A DNA stretch of 64,000 bases from Paraspadella gotoi (GCA_051294375.1 CM119267.1:19285246-19349245); one strand, 5' to 3'. Shown: positions 19,816 to 33,230, counted from the first letter of the stretch. Translations and numbers: made by a program. The notes: generated by a model from the sequence alone, not told the origin.

Positions 19816-22800
19816 GTGAGTGGGTGGGGGGGGCCCTGGGTGTGGGGGGGATTAGGCGGGTGGTAAAAATTGAGTGATTTGTGAGGTGAGTTTGCGAAGC
19901 GGGTAAGGATCAGAACCACATCTTATATATTCGAGGTAGTCATAGCGGAGAAAGAGAAAAGAGAGAATGACAAAACTCACCCTATTCCTTACCCCAACCT
20001 TACCTCCCCCAACTTCGAAAAAAAACCGTTGAAACTAGATTCGACTGTGATAAATGAGGAAGAGGAGGAGGAGGAGGAGAAGGAGGAGGAGTAATATGGC
20101 CGGAGATCCGGAGAGAGGGGCGGAAGCCCGGCGTTGTAAAAAGGGCTTAAAAAGCCGTTTTTGGCGACGGCCGAAGACGGAACCGGCTAAGGGAGGAATA
20201 TATGGCTGGGAGAAGAGCCAGGGAGAAGGGGAGGGAGAGAGATAGAGAGGAAAAGGGAGTAAAGGGAAAGAGAGAGAGAGACAAAGAAAAGGAGAAGTAG
20301 GTGTGGTCTCCGCCTTGAGTTATCTTTCGCTTTTTTTATCCTTTCGCTTTCCCATTTTCGTTCCCTATTTCTTTTTTTGTCTTGTCTCCTCTTTTCTTCT
20401 CCTTCAAAAACGACTTTTCTTTCACGCCCCCCCCCTAAACCTCCCCCTTCACAGCCCGCGAGTCCGTCAAGGGAGGCGTGGCTCTCCTGCTTGTTCTTGC
20501 CTCGTTCGTCTTAATGTTTTTTTTCTTCTTCTCTCTTAAAAAAAAAAATAACGAATTCGCGACGCAAAGTTTATGAATGAAGAGAAAACCTTCTTTTTTT
20601 TTTTCTGAGTTTGCTGCGGTTGTCTTTTTTTTTTCCCCGTAATTTTTTTTTTGCCGACTAGACATTTCATCGATGTTTGTTTTGTTGAAAGCTGCGCGGT
20701 GCCTTGCGAAAAATCAGGATTTTTTTTTTTATTTAACAATGAAACAAACTTTCCCAACCTTTACCCACACCCTTACTCCACCCCTTGCCCCCTCACAAAA
20801 AATTTTAAGGGTGCCAAGTGCAACGGCCCGTCGTCCGGCGACGCCGCCTCCGCCGGCGCCGCCGCAGCGCCGGAAACTGACTTTCTCCGCTTCGGTGAGG
20901 AGTGGGAGTACGACCAGATCTCCCCGGGTCCTCGAGGCGCCCGCTCGATCGAGCCGCGCCCGGCGCCGGATCTCCGCCCGCGCGGCCTCCCCGCCGATCC
21001 GAGCCGGCTAGATCTTCGCCCCGATCGGCTTCTCGAATCTCGCGATACTCGTCGCGGATCCCGCACGGACCTTCGCCTTCTGGCCACCCCGCGCAAATCG
21101 CTCGTCCTCGACTCGGAAGCGGACGAACCCGACGACGACGACCTCGACGACGCCGGTCTGGAGACGCTGCTGTCTAAACGAGCGGCGTCCGGATCGCAGA
21201 TGTCGCTGAAGAGATCGAAGCGTCGACCCATGATCGAATCCATGCGCAACCTCGTCGATATTGAACTGAGCAAAGGCAACAAAGGCCTCGGATTCTCCAT
21301 CGCCGGCGGAAAGGGAAATCAACATCTCCCCGGCGACAACGGAATCTTCGTTACCAAGATCATCGACGACGGCGCCGCCTACGTGGACGGGCGACTCCGG
21401 GTCGGCGATCGACTTCTCGCCGTCAACGGACGTTCCTTGGAAGAGATCTCCCACGACGACGCCGTCGCCATCTTGAAAAAGACGCCGGACGTCGTCGTTC
21501 TCACCGTCGCCAAGTCGGATCTGTCGGCGCGGCGCGGTTCTCTCCACCGGATGCATCAATCGCATCAATCTCTCCCACAGCATCATCATCCGCCGCCGCC
21601 GCCGCCGCCGTCTTCGCAGCACGGGCACGCAGCCGAGGCGGGCTACTGGAGCAGCGACAACTTGACCGTTGATCGATTGGGTCACCACCATCGCGACCAC
21701 CACGGCGGGAGACACAACCACCACAATCACCACCCGACGTTGAATCACTCGACCACCCTGCCGAGGGAGAACTCACACCCGAATCTCCACGAATCTCAGT
21801 CGACGGGCGACTTGTCCGTCGGGAGGGAACCGAGGCAGGTCGTCCTGGCGAGGGACTTGAGAGGATCGCTCGGGTTCCACATCGTTGGAGGGGAAGACTC
21901 GGACGAGGGGATCTTCATATCCTTTGTTATTGAAGGTGATGGGGGATGATTAATGATGATGACGATGATGAAGATGATGATGACGATGATGATGATTGTT
22001 ATAACTTAGCGTCAATCCAAGATATCATAAAAGACATATAAAAGCTTAACACATACAACGCCAACCTCCATGAAAACAAAATTGTTACTCCCCTTCCACC
22101 ACCCCCCCAACAGGCGGTCCCGCGGATCAAAGCGGCGACGTCTTCCGCGGCGACCAAATCCTCTCGGTCAACGGCGTCGACCTCACCCGTGCCACCCACG
22201 AGTTGGCGGCGGCGACGCTTAAAGGCGCCGGTCAGATCGTCACCCTCATCCTGGAAAACCGACCGGAGGACTTCGAGCAGTTCGAGACCAAAGTGGCCGA
22301 CCTCCGGGAGCAGATGATGTCGCGGACGACGACGTTGACCTCGACGACGACCGGCGCTTCCGGCGCGGCTCCCGGCAGCCTCCGAACCATCCGGAAAAAG
22401 TCTTGCTTCGTCCGCGCCCTCTTCGACTACGATCCTTCCAAGGACAGCGGCTTGCCCTCAAAGGGTCTCTCCTTCAAGTACGGCGACATCCTCCACGTGG
22501 TCAACGCCTCCGACGAGGAATGGTGGCAGGCGAGGAGGGTGCTGCGTCTCGGACCGGACGGCGCGCAGGAAGAGGGCGTGGCCGCCATCGTGCCAAGCAA
22601 GAAAAGGGTGGAAAGGAAGGAGAGGGCGCGGCTGAGGAGCGTCAAGTTTTCCCGGAAAGGATCGTGGGACGGGACATCGTCGTCGGCGGAGAGGAAGAGG
22701 AAGAGCTTTTCGTTTTCACAGGTTTGTTTATGTTTTGTTTACTTTGTTTATTTTGTTTATTTTGTTATTTTTGTTAATTTTGTTTGTTTTATTTTCTTTG

Positions 22801-23933
22801 TTTTGTTATTTTTGTTCGTTTTGTTTGTTTATAGCTTTTGTTTGTTTTTTTCTTGTTTACTCTACTTTCGTATCATTCTCTCTCTCCCCCACAGAAATTC
22901 CCCTTCATGAAGAGCAAGGAATACCAGAGCGGCGACGAGCTCTCGGACGCCGAGAGCGCCGGAATGGGATTCGGCTTCGGACTCGGCGCCGGAAGCCACA
23001 CCTCCTCGCTCAGCGTGGGTAACCTTGCGGCGGCCGACGAATACACCTCGGTGCTGTCCTACCAGGCGGTGGTCCAGCACGAGGTGCGCTACAAACGGCC
23101 CGTCATCATTCTGGGTCCGTTGAAGGATCGGCTGAACGACGACCTTATCTCCGAGTTTCCCGAGCAGGTGAGTTTGGAGAGGGGTGAGGGAAGGTGAGAA
23201 AAAAGGAAAGGAAAGGAAAGGAAAGGAAAGGGGAGGAAAGGAAAGTAAATTAAAGGCAAAAAAAATAAAGGAAATGATCTAAAGTTAAAATAAAAGACTG
23301 TCAAAAAAAATTAAAGCAAATTTTCCCTACACCTCCCCCCCCCGGCAGTTCGCTTCATGCGTGCCCCACACTACGCGACCCAAACGCGATTACGAGATCG
23401 ACGGTCAAGATTATCACTTCGTCCCCTCGCGGGATCAGATGGAGCGAGAGATACAGGCCCACCTCTTCGTCGAGGCCGGCCAGTACAACGGCAATCTCTA
23501 CGGAACTAGCGTCTCGAGCGTCCGCCTCGTCGCCGAGACCGGAAAGCATTGTATCCTAGACGTCGGAGGCTACGCCATCAAGCGGCTGCAGGTGGCGGGC
23601 CTGCATCCGATCGCCGTTTTCGTCAAGCCCAAGTCCATCGAGTGGATCCTCGATATGAACAAGAGGTGTGATATCGGATCGATGGAAAAATCATTCATCG
23701 ATCAAATGATCAATGAAGCGTCCAATCATTCATTCCGACCTGTTCCCAGGTTGACCTTTGAACAAGCGGAGAAAGCCTTGGATCGAGCGTTGAAGATAGA
23801 AAGCGACTTTTGGGAGTTGTTTACCGCCGTCGTTATGGGAGATACGTTGAACGAAATCTACGATCAAGTCAAACAAGTCATCCATCGCGAGAGCGGGCCC
23901 AACATTTGGGTTCCGGCCAAGGAGAGACTATGA
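19470..23933 (+). CDS. dlg1: Discs large 1-like MAGUK (L27-[decayed PDZ1]-PDZ2-PDZ3-SH3-HOOK-GK); exons 19470-19815, 20810-21935, 22114-22721, 22895-23167, 23349-23665, 23750-23933
   Basis: L27 [33 protein letters not shown]; PDZ2 [28 protein letters not shown]; PDZ3 [16 protein letters not shown]; SH3 [41 protein letters not shown]; [39 protein letters not shown]; C-terminus WVPAKERL. Introns 2-5 are GT-AG and phase-consistent. Confidence 0.97.
20810..21935 (+). CDS. dlg1: dlg1 exon 2 (decayed PDZ1, PDZ2, His/Pro-rich linker, PDZ3 start)
   Basis: aattttaag|GGT acceptor, GAA G|gtgatg donor, within ORF 20651..21949. Confidence 0.92.
22114..22721 (+). CDS. dlg1: dlg1 exon 3 (PDZ3 end, SH3, HOOK start)
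   Basis: ccccaacag|GC acceptor, CAG|gtttgt donor. [23 protein letters not shown] precedes the track ORF in frame. Confidence 0.94.
22895..23167 (+). CDS. dlg1: dlg1 exon 4 (HOOK, GK start)
   Basis: cccacag|AAA TTC CCC TTC (KFPF) acceptor, CAG|gtgagt donor. Confidence 0.94.
23349..23665 (+). CDS. dlg1: dlg1 exon 5 (guanylate kinase-like domain)
   Basis: ccggcag|TTC GCT TCA TGC GTG CCC CAC acceptor, AG|gtgtga donor. Confidence 0.94.
23750..23933 (+). CDS. dlg1: dlg1 exon 6 (GK end to stop)
   Basis: ttcccag|G TTG ACC acceptor; ends [12 protein letters not shown]. Confidence 0.93.
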
Positions 23934-24902
23934 AAAAAAAAGAGGGGGGGCGTTCCCTCTCCCCCTTGAATTGTCAATCTTCTTCGTCTTCTTCGTCCCA
24001 GTTTTTATTTACGTCGCCCTCTTTCTATTGCTCTCAAATTCTTCAACGAAATAAAGGAAGAATAGTAACAACAACAACAAGGGGAAAAAAATGCTAAGTT
24101 CGAACGTCGACCTGATTCGTTTTAAAGGAAAAAAAAGTCAAACGACGAAATCGATTGAAAATTTAATTTCTTTTTTTTTTTTTTTTTTTTGGAAAACGAT
24201 CGGAATATTAGAGACGATCTTCGATGGACGGATTAATTGAAACTCCGAGACGAACCGGAAATAGATATATCTATTTTATATTATTCTACCGGCGACGAAA
24301 GGGCGGACATCTACCGGCGAAAACAAAACGTACCGGCGTCAACGAAAACAGCAGACCGCTGCGAGATATTTTTAATGTTGTTTTTTTTTGGTCATTTTTT
24401 GATTTCCAAATTCTGCAACGAAATTTTGCTAAAAGAAAATAAATATATTTCGAGAATGATGAAATTATCATTTCTCTCCGTCTATTATTTGAAATAAACA
24501 CAAATTTGAAACGAATTAAGAACTTTTTTTTTCTCTCTTTATTTTTTTTTGGGGGGGGTCGAAATATTGGGAATTCTTTGGCGGTCAAGTTTACCTTTGT
24601 CGTTTGTCACCCCGTTTCTATTTTTCTTTTTTTTCTTTTTTTTTTTACAGCCAAGCGGGGTTATCTTACTTGTCTCTAGTCACTACTATCGAAAAACAAA
24701 AATGCCGAAATCGAAATGTTTTTGAACCACGATTTTTTTTCCTCCTTTTTTTTGGAAACGTGATTAAAAAAAACTCGTTCTCGATGTTTTCTATGTAGAA
24801 AAATATTACTATAATTATTACGAATCATATTTTCCTCTCGACTCGTTCCTCTCCGTAATAAACGGAGATAACTACGTTTCCGATCCCTGTCTCTCTCTCT
24901 CT

Positions 24903-24989
<87 letters not shown>

Positions 24990-25979
24990 CCACCTCCCTA
25001 TCGTCCCGTTTCGTTCATTATTTTTAATCATGACGATTTCGTTAGATCGTAGTTATAATTAAACTTCGTGTGTATTTCTTTTTTTTTTTTGAAAACGAAC
25101 GTTGTTCAGACTCGAGAAGCCAGCGCGATTCTATTCGCCTTTTGTTTTTAACAGAATTCGCGCAATCATTTTTTTTGTCAAAGGCTTACAACGCAGTCTT
25201 CAAACGTTCGATGGCTAAAAATAACATTTATTAATAGGTTGACGTAGATCTTTAAAAACCGCATGCGACCCTAACTAAAAAAAAAGGGCTAAATAAAAAG
25301 TCGGTACGAACAAAAACTAAAAAAACCAAAAAATCCTAAAAAAATGTTTGTGATTACGACGTAGGATATACATCGTTTTAATGGCTTCCATTTTCTCCTT
25401 CTCATCTTCCTTGATTAAAAGCAAATTAGAGACTCGATGGCAACGAATCAATTTTTTTATTTTTAAATTTCTCAGCCACAGAGCGTCTAGGTTGCATTTT
25501 TGTTTGAATACGTCTTCCTTTACACCCATTTTATTCACCTGTTTAGCGAGTAGCACACGTCAGAGGTCGGAGTCGTTCTCGTTTATTTAGAAATAAATCA
25601 GGCGAGCGGTGGTGCGGAAAATCCTTTAGAAAATCTGTGATATTGATAGCCCAACTAAAGTAGCGCACGGTCATTGAGAGAATATTTCTCCTCCCCCCCC
25701 TCCGTAAAACGTATAAAATGTAATTTATTTTCTGTTAAAACAGCTAATGTTCAAATGATAGAAAAAATTAAATCTTTGATTGTAGAATACGTAATTGTTA
25801 TCTTTCAGTGTGTAATCGTGACATTAAAAAATAATACGCTTGATCTAATAGTTCAAAGTAGCCAAATGACAAATATAATAAAAAAAAACAAACAACTAAA
25901 TCAATTCTGTACATCTGGTACAAGAAAACTTCTTTTCTCATTTCTCGGAAAAGGTCATCGCATCTTCGTTTCCCTTTTA

Positions 25980-26102
25980 TTTAATTCTCCCCTTATTTCT
26001 CGTCCCTTCCCCTTCCCCTTAATTCCCTTCTCCTTCCCCTTCCCCTTTAATTCCCTTCCCTTCCCCTTTAATTCCCTTCCCCTTCCCTTAATTCCCTTCC
26101 CT
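25980..26102. repeat. Pyrimidine-rich minisatellite (ttaattcccttccccttccc)n
   Basis: About 5 units. Confidence 0.85.
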
Positions 26103-26673
26103 CTGCCGGGTAATTTTTTTTCTCCTTTTTTCCCCAGAGTTATTAATTTTTTTTTTCTCTCCTCTCCGTGTCATGTCAAACGTCATTTCACGAGCGTCAC
26201 GCTTGTCCGGTCGCGACGCATGCGCTTACGAAACTCTAACCCCAATACCCCTTTTTCGCCTCCCCCCCTTTCCCCTCCTCCCTCGACCCACAAAAAAAAA
26301 TCTCCTTCGTCAAGAGATAGCATTTCAGATCTTAATGTCTCCTGCGACTGATTGAATTTAATAAAAATCACCCCCCCCCTCGGTACATCCAGTGTTGTTT
26401 AACAGCATCCAAAAAAAAATTTTAAAAAACATTCTCCTCGGGAAATAAAAATAATTGTAGTCAAATTAACCAAACAATAATCTTTTTTGGGTTGTGATAT
26501 TTCACCAGCGAACGACAACAGACTGAGTTGAATCAATGTTTCTTGTTATTCTCATAAAGAAATTGATTTTTCAAATAAAAAAAAATCAAACAAAAATTTT
26601 TGCGCTCACGGCCTCATTTTCGAGCTTTTGAAAGTTAGATTGAAAGAGAGGCAGAGGAGAGAGGAGGGGAGAG

Positions 26674-26704
<31 letters not shown>

Positions 26705-26964
26705 TGAGAGAGAGAGGAGAGAAACGAGTTCGCGCGAAAAGAATCTCTAGACGGCAAAAACCCAAAGCTTATTGAAGACCAAGGGAATTTGTAGTAGATA
26801 GTAGGGAATTAGGGATTCGGTCGGTGGACGATTTACAGATGGGTGGGTGGTGGGTTTGGATGGGTGGGCGAGGTGAGGTGGTACATGACCCGGCGGGGAT
26901 TTCGGTCGAAAGACTTCAAAGTCTCCCTTGATTCATTTGACACGAGCAACGGGAAATAGAAAAA

Positions 26965-27150
26965 CCGCACGAAAGATGACACGACCGCGGCGAAAAATGA
27001 CACGTTCGTCGTAGGAAAGATGGACACGTCACCTCGCACGAATGATGACACGACCGCCCTACGAAACTATGACACGTTCGCTCACGAAATATAACACGTT
27101 CGCGCACGAAAAATGACACGTCCACTAACCAAAAATGACACGTTGTTAAA
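26965..27150. repeat. ~22-bp tandem repeat with core aaaatgacacgt
   Basis: About 8 units, e.g. cgaaaaatgacacgttcg. Confidence 0.85.
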
Positions 27151-28452
27151 TAGGATGACAAAGGCCCGAGTTTTCTCTTTAATAATGACTTACAGTAAGT
27201 AATTCATTTAGTCAAAAAGTAATTAATCATTTTTAAGTTGAGCCAGAAGTTTTTTGATGTCAGATGTGAATTTCACACACAAACATTCCCGCCCGCTTTT
27301 AAATCATGAAATTTAGAATCTAACGGGTTTCCGAAACGTCGATTTTTAACGACACGATCCTATGTTTTGCCAAACGTCGTTTCAGGACTTTTAAAAAAAA
27401 GTGAAACAATTTCTTTTTTTTTTTTCATTTCACTGAAAACATTCGAATGGCATCGAAAGGGGAAAAAAATGCGGAACAATCAAATTTTCCATAGAAACTG
27501 AGACGTTCTCCAGTCTCCACCACCCCTGGGGATTAGGAGAATAGCTGCATCGACACCCCTGGAGACGGGGGATGTGTAACTTGGAACATCGCGAGACCCC
27601 GCCGGGCGCTAAATGGGAAGAAAGGAAACCCCAAAAGCGAAAATGGAAAAAAAAAAGAAANNNNNNNNNNNNNNNNNNNNNNNNNNNNNNNNNNNNNNNN
27701 NNNNNNNNNNNNNNNNNNNNNNNNNNNNNNNNNNNNNNNNNNNNNNNNNNNNNNNNNNNNNNNNNNNNNNNNNNNNNNNNNNNNNNNNNNNNNNNNNNNN
27801 NNNNNNNNNNNNNNNNNNNNNNNNNNNNNNNNNNNNNNNNNNNNNNNNNNNNNNNNNNNNNNNNNNNNNNNNNNNNNNNNNNNNNNNNNCCCCCCCACCG
27901 CCCGACGCGAAAACTTATCTCGGAATGAAATTTTTACTCGAGAGAAAGTTTCGCTGAAAACGAAATGTCAAGCAATTTCGAACCACAACCGACATTTTCA
28001 TTGGAAGGAAATAAAATTCTCTCGGAATCCGAGACGAAATGGAAAGAGGAGGCGGGAAGGAGAGGGGGGAGGAGAGGGGGGGGAGAAAGGGGGAAGAGGA
28101 GGAGGAGGAAGAGGAAAAAAGATTGGAGAAAGTCTTGAAGAAGAGATTGAGGAAGATCCGTTAAATATGGCGGGGAAAAGTGCGACGAAGGAAAAACAAT
28201 GAGAAACAAAATAAACTCGAGGAAGATCTGAAACTGGAAGGAAAATATAGAAATTGAAAGAATAAAAAAAGAATTAAAAAAAAAAAAGCGAGAAAAAGTA
28301 AAGACGAAATCTCTGAATAAAACTATGAAAGAAAAAGGAAATTCAAGTATGAAAAATGTAGGGATGGTTAGTTAGTCAAAGGACGTTGATGGCGCAAAGA
28401 CGGAAGGCGATGAGTGGAGACAGAGTTGTGGGAACGACAGAGAGAGAGAGAA

Positions 28453-28497
<45 letters not shown>

Positions 28498-29697
28498 ATG
28501 AAAAAAAATACAATGATTGAGAAACAGAAAATTGCGCAAAGAAGAATTGAAAGAAGACGAGCAGAGAGAGAGAGAAAGAAGAGAGCACGCAGAGAGAGAA
28601 TTCCTTGGAGAGAGATGCGAAAGCTTTTCCAAAAACCCGGCGCCAGACAAAGAGGAGTGAGAGAAGAGGAAAAAAATCCTTCATCGAAAAAAAAATAAGG
28701 GAAAAAAAGCAAATGGAAAACAGTAGGAGAAAAAGAAGAACAACGATTCTGTGCGGGACGGGAAAGAAAAACCAAAAGTCTAATTTGCCAAAATAAAAAA
28801 AAATAGCCAAGGCCGGGTGCTTTGCGTACGGATAGGCTGACGAAAATAGGAGGTTATGATAGGTGACAGAGATAGAGAGAGAGAGAGAGTGAGAGAGAGA
28901 GAGAGATGAGCAGAGATGAGAGAGCTTAGAAGAGAGCCGAGAGAGGAAGAGATNNNNNNNNNNNNNNNNNNNNNNNNNGAGAGAGAGAGAGGGACAAAGT
29001 TGATGGGAGAACGGTTCGTTGACCGCACGAGACAGTTGAGAAAAGAGTGGAAAGGAAAATTAAATACGAAAAATGAAAAAAAGGGATGCAGAGTAAAAGA
29101 GAAATAAGACTGTGAGAGACTGTGAGAAATAAGACTTTGAGAGACTGTGAGAGTGTCTTGATTGAAAGCTTACGAGGGTTTCAGGCCTTCACCGGCCATC
29201 GCTTATCCAAAGTCAGGGGCGAGATAGCTTATTTATTAAATGAATGAATAATCTTTATTTCGGTTGTACTAATATCACGAAGAAAGAGAGGGAGAAAAGA
29301 GATAAAAAGAGAGATGAACAGGGGAGAAAGAAAATGGGGAAAAATGAATGAAGAGATTAAAGCGAAGAAAGTGAAAGCTGAGAATTTAGGAAAGAAGGGA
29401 AGGAATAAACGTGAGTAACGAAGGAAGTCAGCAACAGACGCGAGTCACGATGGAAACGCGGCGTCGAGAAACCAAATGAATGCGAGCGACTCGAGCATAA
29501 CTGACAACGTAAACAACCAACGAGGAAGAATGGATGGAAATCGGAGACGCGAATGAAAAAGAAAAGAAAAAGTTCGGGACGTGGTTGATGAAAATAATGA
29601 AGATAGTGATGTAAAAAAAAAATTATATTGTATCTTTAGGTGGTATACTGTATTAGAGTTTTATATTATATTGTTATTATATTATTACGATTTGAGC

Positions 29698-29814
<117 letters not shown>

Positions 29815-30162
29815 TCCTACTCCAGCTACGTGGTTGCTGCTAAAGACTTTCATCTCCCTGCCAACGAGTTGGGAACGAGGCTTGTAATCATCTCCTAAAA
29901 ACGGTTATACGTTTTAGCGAAAAACATTAAGTTAGACGAGGACAATTATTATAACTACCCCTTCAGTAGCTACAAGTACAGTTATCATTACTTCGCTTTC
30001 ACTGTAAAGAGGAAAGGTTTGAGTTTTTATTGTTATGATATGGAAAGCAACTTGATAAGCGAGAAAATCATTTCCGGAAAACATAACAGATTTTTGGTGT
30101 CCGTTTGTTCAATTTTGCGAGAAAGAAAGAAAGAACAGAGAGAGCACGAGAGACTGGATGAC

Positions 30163-30195
<33 letters not shown>

Positions 30196-30814
30196 AGAGA
30201 AGAGAGAGAGAAGAGGGAGAGAGAGAGTTGGATACTAAATGGACGTGGGAAGAAACGTTGCAAAAAAGAAAAAGAATTTGGCCGGAAGGGAAAAAAAATG
30301 GGTCCATTATGGGCCCTGCTTTTCAGGTGCTCGCGCTCAAGATCGACCGCCTCCCCCTCCCCCCCCCCGGCCAGCCTCGCTCGGCAGGCTTTTCCCACTT
30401 GGATTTCGTGGCGGCCGGGGAAGTTGGAATTAGGAGGAAGAAGAGGAGGAGGAGGAGGAGGAAGTGATGGAAGAAGAAAAAAAAGGTGATGGTAGGAAAA
30501 GAAAAGAAGAACGAGATGAAACGAGGAAAAGGGGAGGATGAAAAATAGGTTAGAGAGAAGATAGTAGTGAAAAAACTGTCGCTGGATGAGTAGAACGAAG
30601 ATTGAACTTTTGACCCGAGACGAAAGGGAGAAAGTGAGAAGAGGGAATCGATGAAAGAAAATAGGAAGAGAGACAGTATGATGAGAAGGGAGTGAAAAGT
30701 GAAAGAGGTTAATATTTATAGTAAGATATTGGTAATCATAAAATTTAATATGAGGTATTTAAAAAAAAAAATTAGAACGAGAGATGGGTTGCTGATGAGA
30801 AATAGATTAATATT

Positions 30815-31035
30815 CTTTGAACATTTTTTTTGAAATATTATACCACTTCATTAATAGGGAAGTTAATGAACGAGACTGTGAATCTCGATTGAAAGCTTGC
30901 AGATACCTGCTAAGTCATTATCTTGCAAAAGTGATGGCCTTAAGGCCTTAAACCACCATAGCCTATCCAAAATCAAGGGCAAGATTGCTTATTTATTAAA
31001 TGAATGGATACTTTTATATTGGTTGTACCAATTTC
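30815..31035 (+). mobile_element. Dispersed repeat family A (core aagatagcttatttatt); other copies 29156-29275, 37823-38055 and weakly 7235-7320
   Basis: Shared ttgaaatattataccact, gattgaaagctt, ggccttaaa..ccatagcc..tccaaa.tca.gg.caagat.gcttatttatta blocks. Confidence 0.8.
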
Positions 31036-31531
31036 TTAAAAGAAATATGAACGGAAGAGTCAACGAGTTGGTAACCCGGGGATTGTCATTGTTATGTAAT
31101 GGTGGAAAAATAGTTGAAGGGAAACGACTGAAAAGTGACAGCCGACAGGGACTGAGTGAAAGACCGAACATTCGGAGAAAGGAAAGAGAGGAGAGAAAGA
31201 GAGGTGAGGAAAAGATAGAGAAGAGAGAAAATGAGTAGATAAAAAAAGATAGAGAGGAGAGAAACTGAACCGAGACGATGTGAAGAGAGAAAAAAAGGAA
31301 AAAGGAAAAAAAAGGAGAATTAAAAAATAAAGGAAAATATTAAGAATATCGACGAGGACAAGAAAGAGAAAAAAAGGGAAAAAAAGGCCTTTGGAGATTC
31401 GCCCTGCCTGGGGAAAGTAAGGTCGATCCACGCCCCATTCGCCTTTTTCCTTTCGCTCTTTCCCTCAATCCCTCGACTCGCAAACCGACTTTAACTCAAG
31501 TACACACCACCCCATTTTTCGGATCCCCTTA

Positions 31532-31630
<99 letters not shown>

Positions 31631-31689
31631 TTACGTGGGGGCACCGCTGCTGATTTCGTTGGCCAGAGTTTCCCTTTCTCGTTCTCTCG

Positions 31690-31840
31690 CTCTCACTCTG
31701 TCACAATAGCCAAAGCGAAGATCCTCTTAGCTCTCACTCTGTCACAAATCACAAAAGCCAAAAGGAAGGTCCTCTCTCTCTGTCACAATGGCCAAAACGA
31801 AGTTCCTCTCACCATGTCACAAAAACCGAAGCGATGTTTC
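31690..31840. repeat. ~35-40-bp tandem repeat (ctctgtcacaa..gccaaa.cgaag.tcctct) x4
   Basis: Direct reading. Confidence 0.75.
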
Positions 31841-32212
31841 TGACCGGAAAATACAATTTAAAACCGACATTATACTAGCGTCGAACATAAAAAACTTAAT
31901 TCAAATTGATACAGGAAGAAAAAAACAGTATTGAGTAACGATATAATCTCCTTAAAACGAATTTCAATTACGCTTGAGCCAACCTGTGTATAAGATTAAA
32001 AAAAATCTTTAAAAGGGATAACTTCTGTTGTCTCTAATTATCACGTCGAGGATAATAAAAAAAAAGTTAAGCGAGTAATAAAAAAATAGTTTAAAACGAG
32101 TTTTTTGAAAACTTAATTTTTATTAAAGATCATTTCATAAGTTCGCTTATCCAAATTCGGCGTCGGATCTTCCTTATTTAATAACAATAATAAAAATCCA
32201 TATATCGCCTTT

Positions 32213-32273
<61 letters not shown>

Positions 32274-32927
32274 ATGACCCCTTATTTTGAGACGGCGACC
32301 TTTCAACCCTTTTTCCTCTTCCTTTTCCTCCCCTTTGCTCCGCCAACTCGGCCACGCCTCCTTCGCCTGCCCCCTAGTACCGCCCCGTCCTGACCTCGGT
32401 CTCCTATCTCCACCCATCTCGAAACTTTGAATCATCGTCGGTTGTTCCTTTGTTTCATTGTTCTCTATTTCCTCCGTATCTCCCTCTTTCGTTTCGAATC
32501 GTTCTTTTGTCTCACTAACTTATCATCTTTTCAACAGCGATAATTTTTCTCTCTTTTTTTTATATATATATATTAATAAACTATCTCTTTTCGCACACGT
32601 TTTCCCCGCTCATTCTTTTTCGTCATGAAATCTTTTTTTTGGTTTTTCTTCTCTTCTTTTTTTTTCCTTATTCCTCAGTTCCTGTCGCTGTATAACATCC
32701 GATCTCCAACCATCCCCTCATCAATCCCATCCCCCGGCCCCTCTCTCATCTACCCTCTTCCCCTTCTTCCTCCCTCCTCTTCCTCTTCTTCCTCCTCTTC
32801 CTCCTCTTCCTTATTTTCCTCCTCTTCCTTATCTTCCTCCTCTTCCCCCTCTTCCTCCCTTTGCGACTAAAGATCATGAATTTCAAGCGAGGGCGAGGCT
32901 GACGTCGTCAGTCGCTCGACAGCGAAG

Positions 32928-32996
<69 letters not shown>

Positions 32997-33230
32997 TGAC
33001 GTCACTCCCCAGACGGCGCCTCGAGGTCGCGAGGGAGGTCACCTGAGCAAAAACCCCGAAGGCGAAAGACTCATCGAGCGCCATCGTCAGCTTCGACCGG
33101 GTCACTTCCGGTCAGTCACGCTTTTCGCGTATAGGAGGCGTGTCCGCGTGTCCGGGGACTTTTTGAGACAATCTATGCATTATGAAAGGGACTTTTTTGG
33201 CGAGCTCAGACACTTTAACTAGTTCGGTCC

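Noticed and set aside
19323-22645. Long antisense ORFs overlapping dlg1 (e.g. 21008-21748)
   Set aside because: Shadow ORFs of GC-rich codon usage with no recognisable domains.
26965-27150. CRISPR-like array
   Set aside because: Eukaryotic context, ~22-bp period with short related spacers, no cas genes.
33040-33090. Hammerhead ribozyme (ctgagca...cgaaa)
   Set aside because: The core CUGANGA is not matched and the stems do not form.
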